IMG/VR virus record: IMGVR_UViG_3300048854_000272
Location: 1-32,482 of that record
From: a virus
Lineage: Duplodnaviria > Caudoviricetes
DNA: 32,482 bases
Direction: 5' to 3' (one strand)
In this document: positions 6,208-15,402 of the stretch, piece after piece
Layout: each line of letters begins with the position of its first letter
Position numbering within the stretch: position 1 is the stretch's first letter
Made by a program: the position numbers and the translations under genes
The notes under the pieces: generated by a model
Seen by the model: only the letters and a program-made list of their open reading frames with translations
Database searches by the model: none
Told to the model about the DNA's origin: nothing

Positions 6208-8359
6208 CGATCGGGGCCACATCAACATACGGCTGGGCGCTCTCTCGACGCTCATGCAGCAGACGAGGGAGCCGCCGAAATTCGCCGACGTCCGCGCGGC
6301 GATCCGTCGTTCGTTCGGTGAGGTTCTCTTCCCCGAGAAGGTCTCGGTGCTCGAAGCGGCCAACCGCCACCGAAACCTGCGCAACCCCGGAGCATATAGC
6401 GGCCCGTGGGGAGAGAGCCCGGAGTCGGACGAGCATCTCGACGACCCGATGAACAACCTGGCGATGTCCAGCCCGTACAACATCGTGGCGGTCATCGGTC
6501 CGAGCCAGACCGGCAAGTCCGAGATCGGCAACAACTGGCAGGTCCATTCGGTCATCTACGACCCGGCGGACATCGGCTTCTGGGCGCCGACAGAAAAGCT
6601 GACCGCGTCCTACGTCACCACGCAGATCGACAAGCTGCTCGACGAGTGCCCGGACGTGAAGGCCCGGCAGCTTTCGACCGCCAGCGCCGACAACATCGCG
6701 CTCAAGCAGTTCAAGGGCTGCGACTGGCACTTTTTGTGGCCGACGGGACCAAACTTCCGCGCGCGCCCTTTCTCGCGCGGCCGGCAAGACGATTACGACG
6801 ACTTCGACGACGACATCGGCGGCCAGGGCGATGCCGTCTCGCTGTTCAAGGGCCGCACCACCAGCTTCCTGAGCTACGGCTGGAAGCTCTACGTCAACTC
6901 GTCGCCCAAGAAGGGGCCGAAGAAGGGGATCGAGCCGCTCGTCGCGGGCGGCACCAGCAAGCGTCGGTGGGTGGACTGCCTCCAGTGCGCGACACCCTTC
7001 CAGCTTTGCCATGAACGCCTGTCGTTCAGGAAGGACGGCACCGCACTCGACGCCCGCAATTCCGCTTGCGTCGTCTGCCCGGATTGCGGCTTCCCTCACC
7101 TGCAGGCGCATAAGGCGCCGCTGCTCGCGACGGGACGCTGGATCGGGAAGGGCGAAACCGCCGTATCGTTCTCGAGCGGCAACAACGCCGGCAAGTTCGG
7201 CGAGATCGAGCCCAACTCGGTCGATAGTTACTGGTTCGAAGGTGTCTTCGGCTTTGCGCCGTGGCCGGATCTCGCCGAGGGCGAGCGCTCGGCCGAGCTG
7301 ATGTTCGAGGAGCACCAGGACGAGCAGCCGCTCAAGTCCTACTACCAGACCAAGGTAGGCCGGAACTATGTCAGCCGGTCCTCGGGCGATGCGCCGGTGA
7401 CGATCGACGCGCTGACCGAGCGCGCACGGGCGTCCGGCTACACAATGGGCGTGGTGCCCGACGGCGTGATCGCGATCACGCAGACGGTCGATCTCGGCAT
7501 CGATCGCTTCTCGGTGATGACGGTCGGCCATGGCGTCGGCAACCGTGCCTGGATCATCGATCGCTTCGATATTCTGACGCTGAACGATGGCGTCACCAAG
7601 CTCGAGCCCTTCCGTCGGCGTGAGCATTGGGCGGTCCTCTACGAAAAGGTGCTGAGCCGCACCTATCCCCTGCAGCGCGATCCGACGCTGCGCATGAAGG
7701 TCTTTTGCACCGGCGTCGATACCGGCGGATCGGACGACGCGACCGACAATGCCTATGCCTGGTGGCACGACATGGTCACCGGCAGCCGCAAGGATGGCCG
7801 GCCGGCTCTGCCGACCACCGCAATCACGCTGCTTAAGGGCGGCAACCGGCCGAACGGCCGGCTGCTGCCGGCGCCGACGGTCGACGCCAAGCGGCAAGTA
7901 AAAGGCTTGCCCGAGTGCGAGCTCTTCGTCCCGAACGTCAACCGGTTGAAGGACATGGCGGATTACCGTTTCCGTCGTCCGGAGCCGGGCCCGGCGTACG
8001 TCGATCTGCCGAACGACTTTCCGGACAAGCGGATTGCCGAGCTCCGCGCCGAGGAGAAGGTGGAGGGCCTTTGGGAGAAGCCCGAGGGTGTCCGCAATGA
8101 AAGCTGGGATCTCTTCGTCTACGCGATCGCCGTGATGCTGCGCCTGGTCGGCCTCGATCAGAACCTCACGCGCGTGCCGATGTGGGCACGACCGCCTAAG
8201 GCGAGGGCGCCGGAACGGGCGCCGCCACCCGAAGGCACGCCCGACGTGCCGGCGCCTGCGAAACGCCCCGTGGTGCAGGTGACGCGGCCGAACCAGACGT
8301 CGCCGACACCGAGCCGACCCAAGCCCAGGCGCACGGTGCGCATGGTCCGTCCATCCTGA
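6173..8359 (+). CDS. Terminase large subunit, GpA family
   Basis: Walker A VIGPSQTGKSE, YVNSSP motif III, CxxC...CxxC zinc site, nuclease motifs TVD, GVDTGG, NESWDLFVY. Start may be 6179 or 6254. Confidence 0.95.
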   Translation: MSMTSPSPAPDNDRGHINIRLGALSTLMQQTREPPKFADVRAAIRRSFGEVLFPEKVSVLEAANRHRNLRNPGAYSGPWGESPESDEHLDDPMNNLAMSSPYNIVAVIGPSQTGKSEIGNNWQVHSVIYDPADIGFWAPTEKLTASYVTTQIDKLLDECPDVKARQLSTASADNIALKQFKGCDWHFLWPTGPNFRARPFSRGRQDDYDDFDDDIGGQGDAVSLFKGRTTSFLSYGWKLYVNSSPKKGPKKGIEPLVAGGTSKRRWVDCLQCATPFQLCHERLSFRKDGTALDARNSACVVCPDCGFPHLQAHKAPLLATGRWIGKGETAVSFSSGNNAGKFGEIEPNSVDSYWFEGVFGFAPWPDLAEGERSAELMFEEHQDEQPLKSYYQTKVGRNYVSRSSGDAPVTIDALTERARASGYTMGVVPDGVIAITQTVDLGIDRFSVMTVGHGVGNRAWIIDRFDILTLNDGVTKLEPFRRREHWAVLYEKVLSRTYPLQRDPTLRMKVFCTGVDTGGSDDATDNAYAWWHDMVTGSRKDGRPALPTTAITLLKGGNRPNGRLLPAPTVDAKRQVKGLPECELFVPNVNRLKDMADYRFRRPEPGPAYVDLPNDFPDKRIAELRAEEKVEGLWEKPEGVRNESWDLFVYAIAVMLRLVGLDQNLTRVPMWARPPKARAPERAPPPEGTPDVPAPAKRPVVQVTRPNQTSPTPSRPKPRRTVRMVRPS

Positions 8360-8374
8360 TCGAGCGAGGCCAGC

Positions 8375-8614
8375 ATGGCAGACGTCGGAATCACGCTCGA
8401 GATCGCGGCCCAGCGCCTGCAGGACTACCTCGCCGCGGAGAAGAAGATTCTCGCCAGCCAGGAATATCGCATCGCCGATCGCCTGCAGCGTCGCGCCCTG
8501 TTGAGCGAGGTTCAGGACGACATCACGCTCTGGCAGGAGCGTATCGACAAGCTCGGCGGCACAACCCGGCGCGCCGTCGGCCGTATCCGTCGCGGATCGT
8601 ATCGGATCCGCTGA
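8375..8614 (+). CDS. Head completion/adaptor protein (gpW-like position, DUF6148-like)
   Basis: 79 aa between TerL and portal; YLAAEKKILASQEYRIADR...L.EV motif. Confidence 0.8.
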   Translation: MADVGITLEIAAQRLQDYLAAEKKILASQEYRIADRLQRRALLSEVQDDITLWQERIDKLGGTTRRAVGRIRRGSYRIR

Positions 8615-8615
8615 G

Positions 8616-10310
8616 GTGAATTTCGAAGCCAAGCCCAATCTGGTCGACAGGGCGGTCGCCTTCTTCGACCCGTCCGCCGGTCTCGCGCGCGTCGAATCGC
8701 GCACGCGGCTGATGGCGACCACGGCTATGTTCGGCGGTGGTCAGGGCGGCTATCGCGGCGGCAAGGGCGAGCGCGCTAAACGGCGCGGCTGGTTCTCGCG
8801 CGGCCGATCGGCCAACGCCGACGTCATCCCCGGTTCGGACCGGCTCCGTGCCGAGCAGCGCGACGCGGCGATGAACCAGCCGATCGCCACCGCGGCGATC
8901 AACCGGAAGGCGATCTTCACGATCGGCACCGGGCTTATGGCAATTCCGAGCGTAAACGCGGACTTTCTCAAGCTCACGCCCGACGAAAAGGCCGCCTGGG
9001 AGAAGCGGATTTCCGACGATTACGACGCCTATATGGCGTCGAAGGACGTCGACGCCGAGCGCAAGGCGACGGGTTACGGCATCTACGGCGTGCAAGGCAT
9101 CGTCCAGCGCGGCGCCGATACATCTGGAGATATCCTCGCGCTGCGCGTGATGCCTGACAATCAGCCCGGGCGCGTCATCTCGACGGCGTGGAAGCTGGTC
9201 GAGGCGGACCGGCTGCGCAACCCGCCGGGCACGATGGACGGCGCGATCTGTGCGCAAACCGGCAATATGATCGCCGGTGGCGTCGAGGTCGATGCGTACG
9301 GCGCACCAGTTGCCTACTGGATCCTGAAACAACACCCGGGCGACCTGGTGCAGCGGCCGGGCTTTAGTCCGATTCCCGAGCGCATCGACGCCTGGGACAC
9401 CGCGCTGAACCTGCCGCGGGTGCTCCACATCTACAAGAAGGAGCGCCCCGAGCAGCTGCGCGGTGTCGGCATGCTCGCGACCGTGATCGAGCTGCTCGGC
9501 ATGATTGCCGATCTGACCGATGCCGAACTCTTCGCGGCCGTGATGTCGGCGATGATCGCCATCGTCTATAAGTCGCCGGGCGCGCAACCGATGCCGGAGC
9601 CCGACTACGGCGAGGACGACGGCAATCTCGGCCACGATGGCGGCCCACCGCTCCACGACCAGCAGCCGCAGTATAAGATGGAATCCGGGTCGATCATGGA
9701 GATCGACAGCGACGCCGAGGTCGACATCAAGAGCCCCGGCCGGCCGAATTCCGCCTTCGACCCGTTCTTCCAGGCCATCGTCCGCCAGATCGGTGCCGCG
9801 ATCGGCATCCCGGCCGGCGTGCTGATGCTCCTGTTCAATTCGAGCTACACCGCCAGCAAGGCCGAGCTCGAGGCGATGTATCTCTACGTCCGTGCCGAGC
9901 GAGCGTGGATCGGCGGCGACTTTTGCGATCCGACTTATCACTGCTTCGTCGCCGAAAAGGTCGCGCGCGGCGATTACGTAATGCCTGGTTTCTTCAAGGA
10001 TCTCGCGGTCCGCGCCGCTTGGCTGGGCGTCACGTGGCGGGGCGACGGCAAGATCACGCTCAATGCCGCCCAGGAGGCTGCCGGCTACAAGATCCGGCAG
10101 GATAATGGCTGGCAAACGGGCGAGGAAATCACCGCCGAGCTCACCGGTGGCAGCTTCAGCGACAATGTCCGCAAGCGCGGCGCCGAGCATCGCGCCTGGC
10201 TGGCCGAGGGTCTTCCTGTCGCCGTGTCACCGGGCACGCCGGCGGCCAATGTGGATCCAGGCGCCGACGATGGACCGCCGGCCAAGAAGAAGGATCAGCA
10301 GGATGATTGA
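8616..10310 (+). CDS. Portal protein, lambda family
   Basis: KLVEADRL, GGVEVDAYGAPVAYWI, LHIY..ERPEQLRGV, SSYTASKAEL motifs. Confidence 0.95.
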   Translation: MNFEAKPNLVDRAVAFFDPSAGLARVESRTRLMATTAMFGGGQGGYRGGKGERAKRRGWFSRGRSANADVIPGSDRLRAEQRDAAMNQPIATAAINRKAIFTIGTGLMAIPSVNADFLKLTPDEKAAWEKRISDDYDAYMASKDVDAERKATGYGIYGVQGIVQRGADTSGDILALRVMPDNQPGRVISTAWKLVEADRLRNPPGTMDGAICAQTGNMIAGGVEVDAYGAPVAYWILKQHPGDLVQRPGFSPIPERIDAWDTALNLPRVLHIYKKERPEQLRGVGMLATVIELLGMIADLTDAELFAAVMSAMIAIVYKSPGAQPMPEPDYGEDDGNLGHDGGPPLHDQQPQYKMESGSIMEIDSDAEVDIKSPGRPNSAFDPFFQAIVRQIGAAIGIPAGVLMLLFNSSYTASKAELEAMYLYVRAERAWIGGDFCDPTYHCFVAEKVARGDYVMPGFFKDLAVRAAWLGVTWRGDGKITLNAAQEAAGYKIRQDNGWQTGEEITAELTGGSFSDNVRKRGAEHRAWLAEGLPVAVSPGTPAANVDPGADDGPPAKKKDQQDD

Positions 10311-11181
10311 GGCCTTCGGCGCCCGCACTCTCTGGGCAATGCATCCGGACGCGCTCTGTGGACTGCTGGCGCGTCAATCTTTCGAGGCGATGCTGCCCGA
10401 CGCTCTGAAGAGCCTTGCAGCTATGGCAGGGGTCGCGGCACCGAAAGCGGCCGCGTCAGTCGATCCCATCCGCGAAGGCGGAACCATGATCATCCCGCTG
10501 GTCGGCCCGCTATCTCCCAAGGGTAGTTATGGGGGCACGTCGACGCAGCGCTTCTCCAATCAGATCCGCGAGGCCGGCGATGATCCCAAGGTCGGCGCGG
10601 TGATCATTCCCGTCGGGAGCCCGGGCGGCCTCGTATATGGAACGGCGGAAGCCGGCGATGCCGTGCATGACGTGCGTCAGAAGAAACCGGTGATTGCTGT
10701 AGCCAGCCCGTATTCGTTCTCGGCCGCCCATTGGATCGCCACCCAAGCGTCGGCGTATCATCCGAGCACGAGCGGCGAAGTCGGATCGGTCGGCGTTCGC
10801 GGTGGTCACGTCGACATGTCGGGCTTCGAGAACAAGATCGGCATGAAGACGACGCTGATTGCCTCATCGCCCGAGAAGATCGCCGGCCACCCGTATGCGC
10901 CGCTCACGGACGACGACCGCGCGGACATGCAACGTGAGATCGACGAAATGAATCAGGCGTTCGTCGCCGCAATCGCGCGGGGCAGAGGATTGTCGGCGGC
11001 CGACGTGCCGGCCATCCACGGCCAGGGCCGGACCTTCTCCGCCGCGCAGGCCGCGGCGACCGGGGTTACGGACGGCGTCATGACCCTGCGCGACGCGATC
11101 GCGAAATACGGATCGAGCCAGAGCCGTCTGGAGCTCATGCGCAAACGTGCTGCCATTCGCGGGGCCGCCGCCTCGATCTGA
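10303..11181 (+). CDS. Prohead protease, S49 (SppA-like) family
   Basis: GSPGG, SAAHWIATQA, VGSVGV, FVAAIARGRG motifs; ATG 10303 overlaps the portal end. Confidence 0.93.
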   Translation: MIEAFGARTLWAMHPDALCGLLARQSFEAMLPDALKSLAAMAGVAAPKAAASVDPIREGGTMIIPLVGPLSPKGSYGGTSTQRFSNQIREAGDDPKVGAVIIPVGSPGGLVYGTAEAGDAVHDVRQKKPVIAVASPYSFSAAHWIATQASAYHPSTSGEVGSVGVRGGHVDMSGFENKIGMKTTLIASSPEKIAGHPYAPLTDDDRADMQREIDEMNQAFVAAIARGRGLSAADVPAIHGQGRTFSAAQAAATGVTDGVMTLRDAIAKYGSSQSRLELMRKRAAIRGAAASI

Positions 11182-11270
11182 ACTACCCGCGCTCGAGCGG
11201 GATAGCCGTTGCCCCGCCGGGGCGGCGTTTCGGGCGCGCGCGCCCTCCACTGGCCTCAGAGGAGATCCCT

Positions 11271-11816
11271 ATGACTTTGGCCGAATTGAAGAATAAGGCG
11301 CGCTCGGCTGCCAAGCGCGTCGAAGACCGTCTCACTGCCGCGATCGGCGAGGGACGCGAGCTCACCTCAGCCGAAGAGAGCGCGAACACCGCCGATGAGG
11401 CGGAGCTCGCGACGCTCAACGCGCAGATCGCGACCGCCGAGGGGGGCTCTTCCGAGTCGTCCAATGCGGTGCAGCTGCAGCTCGACGGCGCCGCGATCGC
11501 CGCGACTGCGGCCGCGAACGAGCGCACACGGATCCTCGCGCTTGTCGATCTCTGCCCGAGCAGCTCGGTGAGCGATCCGCTGCGCGCCGCGATCGACGAC
11601 GGGCAGGAGGCCGGTGCTTTCGCGATCGGCCTCGCGCAAGCCGCGAAGACGCGCGGCGCCAGCATGGAAGACCTGCGTGACGGGACCGTTCAGGACGACC
11701 AGCTGCCGGCCAACGGCAAGCAGGGCGTGAAGGGCTCGGGCGGGCAGAAAAAGCCGGGTCTCGCGGATCGCCTCGCGACGCTGGGCCACCGTGGCATGGC
11801 CCACCTGAAGGGCTGA
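11271..11816 (+). CDS. Probable capsid scaffolding protein (Nu3-like)
   Basis: Ala-rich coiled protein with AAANERTRILAL motif between protease and decoration genes; RBS GAGGAG. Confidence 0.7.
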   Translation: MTLAELKNKARSAAKRVEDRLTAAIGEGRELTSAEESANTADEAELATLNAQIATAEGGSSESSNAVQLQLDGAAIAATAAANERTRILALVDLCPSSSVSDPLRAAIDDGQEAGAFAIGLAQAAKTRGASMEDLRDGTVQDDQLPANGKQGVKGSGGQKKPGLADRLATLGHRGMAHLKG

Positions 11817-11852
11817 TCCACCTCTCCATTCCTCCTTCGAAAAGGACGAACC

Positions 11853-12485
11853 ATGTACGAAAAAGCTGGCCGTACGGTGGAAGCGCCGCACGCTAATTCC
11901 ACCATCATCCGCGGAAATGGCTTCCTCCGCTCTCGCAAGGTCGTGCTGCTCGCCGGCGCCCTGTTCGCGATCGGCTCTGTACTCGGGGTCGCTACCGAGG
12001 GCGCGGCTACCGCCGTGGCCAAGGCGGGCGGCAATACCGGCAATGGCGCGATCTCGGCCGTCACCGTGAAGCCCGACGCCAAGCTCGGTGTCTATACGGT
12101 GCGCTTCACCGACCCGACGCACTTCGATCTTCATGATCCGGAGGGCTTCGTGCTCGAGGAAGCGGTCGCCGTCGGTACTGCAGTGGCGAACGATCTTGGT
12201 TTTACGGTCACCGCTGGCGGGACTGCTTTCGTTGTCGGCGACGGCTTCGATATCACCGTCGCTGACGGTACCGGAAAGGCGAAGCTCGCCACTGCCGCCG
12301 CGGTAGACGGCACGCAGCACCCGAGTTTGGTGCTGCCGTATGCGGTCGACGCCACCGATGGTGACGTCGAGGCGATCGTCTACGAGGCCGGCGACTTCAT
12401 CGAGGAGAACCTCGTCTTCGGCGCCGGCATCACCGCCGACAGTGCTCGCGAGGCGCTCCGCATCCGCAACATCACCTACGGCTGA
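11853..12485 (+). CDS. Head decoration protein (gpD-like) with internal extra domain
   Basis: GSVLG, DGTQHPSLVL..AVDAT, YEAGDF..E.L.FG motifs; directly precedes the capsid gene. Confidence 0.88.
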   Translation: MYEKAGRTVEAPHANSTIIRGNGFLRSRKVVLLAGALFAIGSVLGVATEGAATAVAKAGGNTGNGAISAVTVKPDAKLGVYTVRFTDPTHFDLHDPEGFVLEEAVAVGTAVANDLGFTVTAGGTAFVVGDGFDITVADGTGKAKLATAAAVDGTQHPSLVLPYAVDATDGDVEAIVYEAGDFIEENLVFGAGITADSAREALRIRNITYG

Positions 12486-12566
12486 TCAGCCAGCAAGCGA
12501 TCAGCGCCCGTCTGAGGGCGGCGCGGCTCCGGTCGTGCCGCCCCTTGCCATTTATGGAGCATCATC

Positions 12567-13610
12567 ATGGCCTTCAGCCTCTACGACACGACGGACCTGA
12601 TCGCGACCATCCGGTCGCTGCGCGTCCCCGGCACTTTCCTTTGGACCATGTTCTTCGGCGCCGAACCGATCACCTTCGACACGCCCGACGTGAAGATGGA
12701 TCGCGTCTTCGACGATCTGCGCGTTGCCGCCTGGCAGAGCCCCTATTCTCCCGGCAAGCCGAGGCAGGATATCGGCTTCCAGGTCGAGAGCTTCACGCCC
12801 GGCTACCTCAACCCGTTCGATCGCGTCGATGCGGGCAAGCTCTCGTCGCGCCTGCCGGGTGAGCCGATCGGCGGCAACCTTTCCATGGCCGAGCGGCGCG
12901 ATCTGCTGATTGCCGGGTATCTGACCAGCCAGAAGATGTCTCTGGTCCGCCGAAACGAGATCATGGCATCCGAGATTCTGCGCACCGGCGCCGTGATCAT
13001 CATCGGGGAGGACTATCCGTCCACCACGATCGACTTCGCGCGTGACGAGTCGCTGACCGTGTCGCTGATCAACGCGGCGCAATGGGGCGAGGCAGGCGTG
13101 TCGCCCATCGATGACGTCGAGAACTACTGCGACGAGGTTGCTGCCGCATGCGGTGCCGCCCCGACCATTGTGTCGTTCGACAAGCTGTCCTGGCAGCTGT
13201 ATCGCTCCGATCCGAAGTTCGAGAAGGTGATCGACACCACGCTCGGCCAGACCAGCGCCATGCAACTCGGTCTGCAGCCTTCCGCGCCGGGCTCGCCGGT
13301 GTTCAAGGGTCGCAACGGCAGCGTCGAGCTCTATGTCTACAACGACACCTACAAGGATCCGCTCGACGACCAGATCAAGCCGCTGATCCCGGACTACACC
13401 GTGATCATCGGCGCGCCGATCGCCTTCGAAGGGACGCCCACCTACGGCGCGATCCTCGATCCGGAGGCGGGCTACGCGGCGACCGAATACTGGTCGAACA
13501 ACTACATCGACCGCGGGACCAAGAGCGAGGTCGTGCAGACGCAGTCGGCACCGCTACCGATCCCCAAGCGCGTCAACGCGAGCAAGTGCGTCACCGTCCG
13601 GACCTCCTGA
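12567..13610 (+). CDS. Major capsid protein, lambda gpE family
   Basis: 347 aa; FTPGYL, RLPGEPIGG, RRNEIMA, IDFARD, LYVYND, TQSAPLP motifs. Confidence 0.96.
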   Translation: MAFSLYDTTDLIATIRSLRVPGTFLWTMFFGAEPITFDTPDVKMDRVFDDLRVAAWQSPYSPGKPRQDIGFQVESFTPGYLNPFDRVDAGKLSSRLPGEPIGGNLSMAERRDLLIAGYLTSQKMSLVRRNEIMASEILRTGAVIIIGEDYPSTTIDFARDESLTVSLINAAQWGEAGVSPIDDVENYCDEVAAACGAAPTIVSFDKLSWQLYRSDPKFEKVIDTTLGQTSAMQLGLQPSAPGSPVFKGRNGSVELYVYNDTYKDPLDDQIKPLIPDYTVIIGAPIAFEGTPTYGAILDPEAGYAATEYWSNNYIDRGTKSEVVQTQSAPLPIPKRVNASKCVTVRTS

Positions 13611-13630
13611 TCCGGCGGCACGTCCTTTGT

Positions 13631-13661
13631 CCGGCCGGGTAGCGCCCGGCCGGCCCTCTTT
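13631..13661 (+). terminator. GC-rich hairpin after the capsid gene (weak terminator or stability element)
   Basis: CCGGCCGGGT-AGC-GCCCGGCCGG stem followed by CCCTCTTT; U tract is poor. Confidence 0.4.
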
Positions 13662-13675
13662 CGAAAGACCTTGAA

Positions 13676-13963
13676 ATGGCCACCCCGAAATCCAAGCTCG
13701 CCGCGACCGCGGCGGCGGTCACCCAACGCATCCTCGGTTCGAAGCTCGCCCAGCCGGCGATGGTCAAGATGCCGAAGGCGCGCCACCAGATCCACGTCAC
13801 GCCGACCGACATCATTCCTGCCGGCACGGTCCTTACGTCCGAACTGCTCGAGCTCGCCGAAATCGACCAGGACACGCTGGATGCGCTCGCCCGCACGGGC
13901 GCCGTCGTCATGATCGAAGTGCTGGCGAGTGCGATCGCGGCCGACGAGAGCGAAGCGGCCTGA
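13676..13963 (+). CDS. Hypothetical virion assembly protein (gpFI-like position)
   Basis: 95-aa ORF directly after the capsid gene; IIPAGTVL...LDALARTGAV motif. Confidence 0.6.
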   Translation: MATPKSKLAATAAAVTQRILGSKLAQPAMVKMPKARHQIHVTPTDIIPAGTVLTSELLELAEIDQDTLDALARTGAVVMIEVLASAIAADESEAA

Positions 13964-13966
13964 TCG

Positions 13967-14302
13967 ATGCCGCTCGAGACCGCCGACGACCTCGACACGT
14001 TCTTCGATCCCGAGGAATTCGGTGTCGCGGCGGTCTACACGGCTCCGGGTGGCGCGCCGTTTGATCTCGTCGCCATTCGCGATGAAGATGATGCACGCGT
14101 GCAGGGCAGGCAGGGCGGGCGGTTCGTCATGGCGACGAACTTCTTCCTCTTGCGCGCCGACAAGGTGTCTCCGGTCGACAAGGCCCGGCTCGATCTGTTC
14201 GATGAAGACGGGCAGGTGACCGAAAGCTTCGTCCTGCAAGGTGCGGCGGTTCGCTCGGACATTAGCGCCGCGCTGTGGCGATGCGCGGCCGTGCCGACCT
14301 GA
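13967..14302 (+). CDS. Head-tail joining protein
   Basis: DLDTFFDPEEFGVAAVYT N-terminus, 111 aa, gpFII-like position. Confidence 0.8.
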   Translation: MPLETADDLDTFFDPEEFGVAAVYTAPGGAPFDLVAIRDEDDARVQGRQGGRFVMATNFFLLRADKVSPVDKARLDLFDEDGQVTESFVLQGAAVRSDISAALWRCAAVPT

Positions 14303-14303
14303 C

Positions 14304-14951
14304 ATGCGAACGACGATCGCGATCCCCAGCCTCGCGGGCGTGGCGGACGAGATCACCAAGGAGGTCGCGGCCGACGCGACCCAGGCGATGCGTGACGCCA
14401 CCATCACGATGAAGACGGCGCTGCGTCGCCAAGTCACCGACGCGGGCTTCGGGGTCCGCCTGTCCAACACATGGCAGGCTTCAACCTACCCAACTAGCGG
14501 CGATGCGCTCAATCCAGCCGGCTACGCGTGGTCCAACGCACCCGACATCATCGACGCGTTCGATCGTGGCGCGACCATCAGCCCCCTCAACGGCAGGAAA
14601 TTCCTGTGGATCCCGACGAACGCGGTGCCGAGAGCCCGCGGTCGAGCCACATCGCAGAAGAAAATGACGCCGCCGCAGGTGCTAGCAGCGTTCCACGCCG
14701 ACAGTTTCGTCATCCGGAAGGGTAAGGGCGGACACCTGCTCGCCTTCATCGTCGAGCAGCGAGGCCTCAACGCGCGCGGCCTCCGAAAGAAGGTCCGTCG
14801 CGGTCGGATCGGACACGGCGACGCTGGCGAGCTTGTCCTCATGTTCACGTTGGTACCGAGTGTCACCATGCCAAAGGCGCTCGATATCGAAGCGGCTGGC
14901 AAGCAAGGCGCGGACGATTTCGTTGCGCGCTTCGGTCGATCGAGGAGCTGA
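14304..14951 (+). CDS. Neck/tail completion protein (DUF6441-like, gpZ position)
   Basis: Basic protein with LRRQVTDAGFG.RL.NTW, IIDAFDRGATI, LWIPT, FTLVPSV motifs; ATG 14304. Confidence 0.75.
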   Translation: MRTTIAIPSLAGVADEITKEVAADATQAMRDATITMKTALRRQVTDAGFGVRLSNTWQASTYPTSGDALNPAGYAWSNAPDIIDAFDRGATISPLNGRKFLWIPTNAVPRARGRATSQKKMTPPQVLAAFHADSFVIRKGKGGHLLAFIVEQRGLNARGLRKKVRRGRIGHGDAGELVLMFTLVPSVTMPKALDIEAAGKQGADDFVARFGRSRS

Positions 14952-14953
14952 TC

Positions 14954-15391
14954 ATGTCCACCCGCCTCGATGTTCTCAATGCCGTGGTGGCGATGATCCG
15001 TCGAGCGTTGCCAGAGGCTGACGTGATTGGGCTCGATGATGGCGCTGACGCTCCGGACACGATCGGTCCCAGTGGCCGTGTGATCGTCCGGCCTGGCGAT
15101 CCCGGCGATCCTGAAATCGATCTGAGCCCGGTCATCTACAACTATTTGCACCCGATCCCGGTGGAGTTCGCCTCCTATGGCACCGACACGCTGACCCCGT
15201 CAAAAGCGGTCGATGCGATGCTTGAGGCAGTCTCGGCCGAGATCGAGGGCGATCGCTTCCTGGGCGGCCTGGTCGACTATCTCGACGCGACCGCGCCGGA
15301 GACAGCGGACCTCTACACGGACGCCGCCACGGTGGCTCACGAAGCGGCCGCCGACATCGTCGCCACTTATTCCACCCCGCATCCCCTGTAG
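14954..15391 (+). CDS. Tail terminator protein (gpU position)
   Basis: Acidic 145 aa; GDPGDPEIDLSP, DRFLGGLVD, YSTPHPL; directly precedes the tail tube gene. Confidence 0.7.
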   Translation: MSTRLDVLNAVVAMIRRALPEADVIGLDDGADAPDTIGPSGRVIVRPGDPGDPEIDLSPVIYNYLHPIPVEFASYGTDTLTPSKAVDAMLEAVSAEIEGDRFLGGLVDYLDATAPETADLYTDAATVAHEAAADIVATYSTPHPL

Positions 15392-15402
15392 GAGACATCG
15401 AT

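Noticed and set aside
6032-8722. 896-aa - strand ORF (likewise 8523-10190, 18293-20869, 22028-25072)
   Set aside because: Antisense shadows of well-supported + strand genes, expected from GC3-biased codon usage; no recognisable motifs.
11179-11273. Stop-codon readthrough fusing protease and scaffold
   Set aside because: The two ORFs are in different frames (89-nt gap) and the scaffold has its own strong RBS.
11835-11852. Shared CCTT-GAAAGGAC-like mini-hairpins before starts at 11853, 13676 and 29854
   Set aside because: Largely explained by Shine-Dalgarno sequence; stems are too short to support a distinct element.
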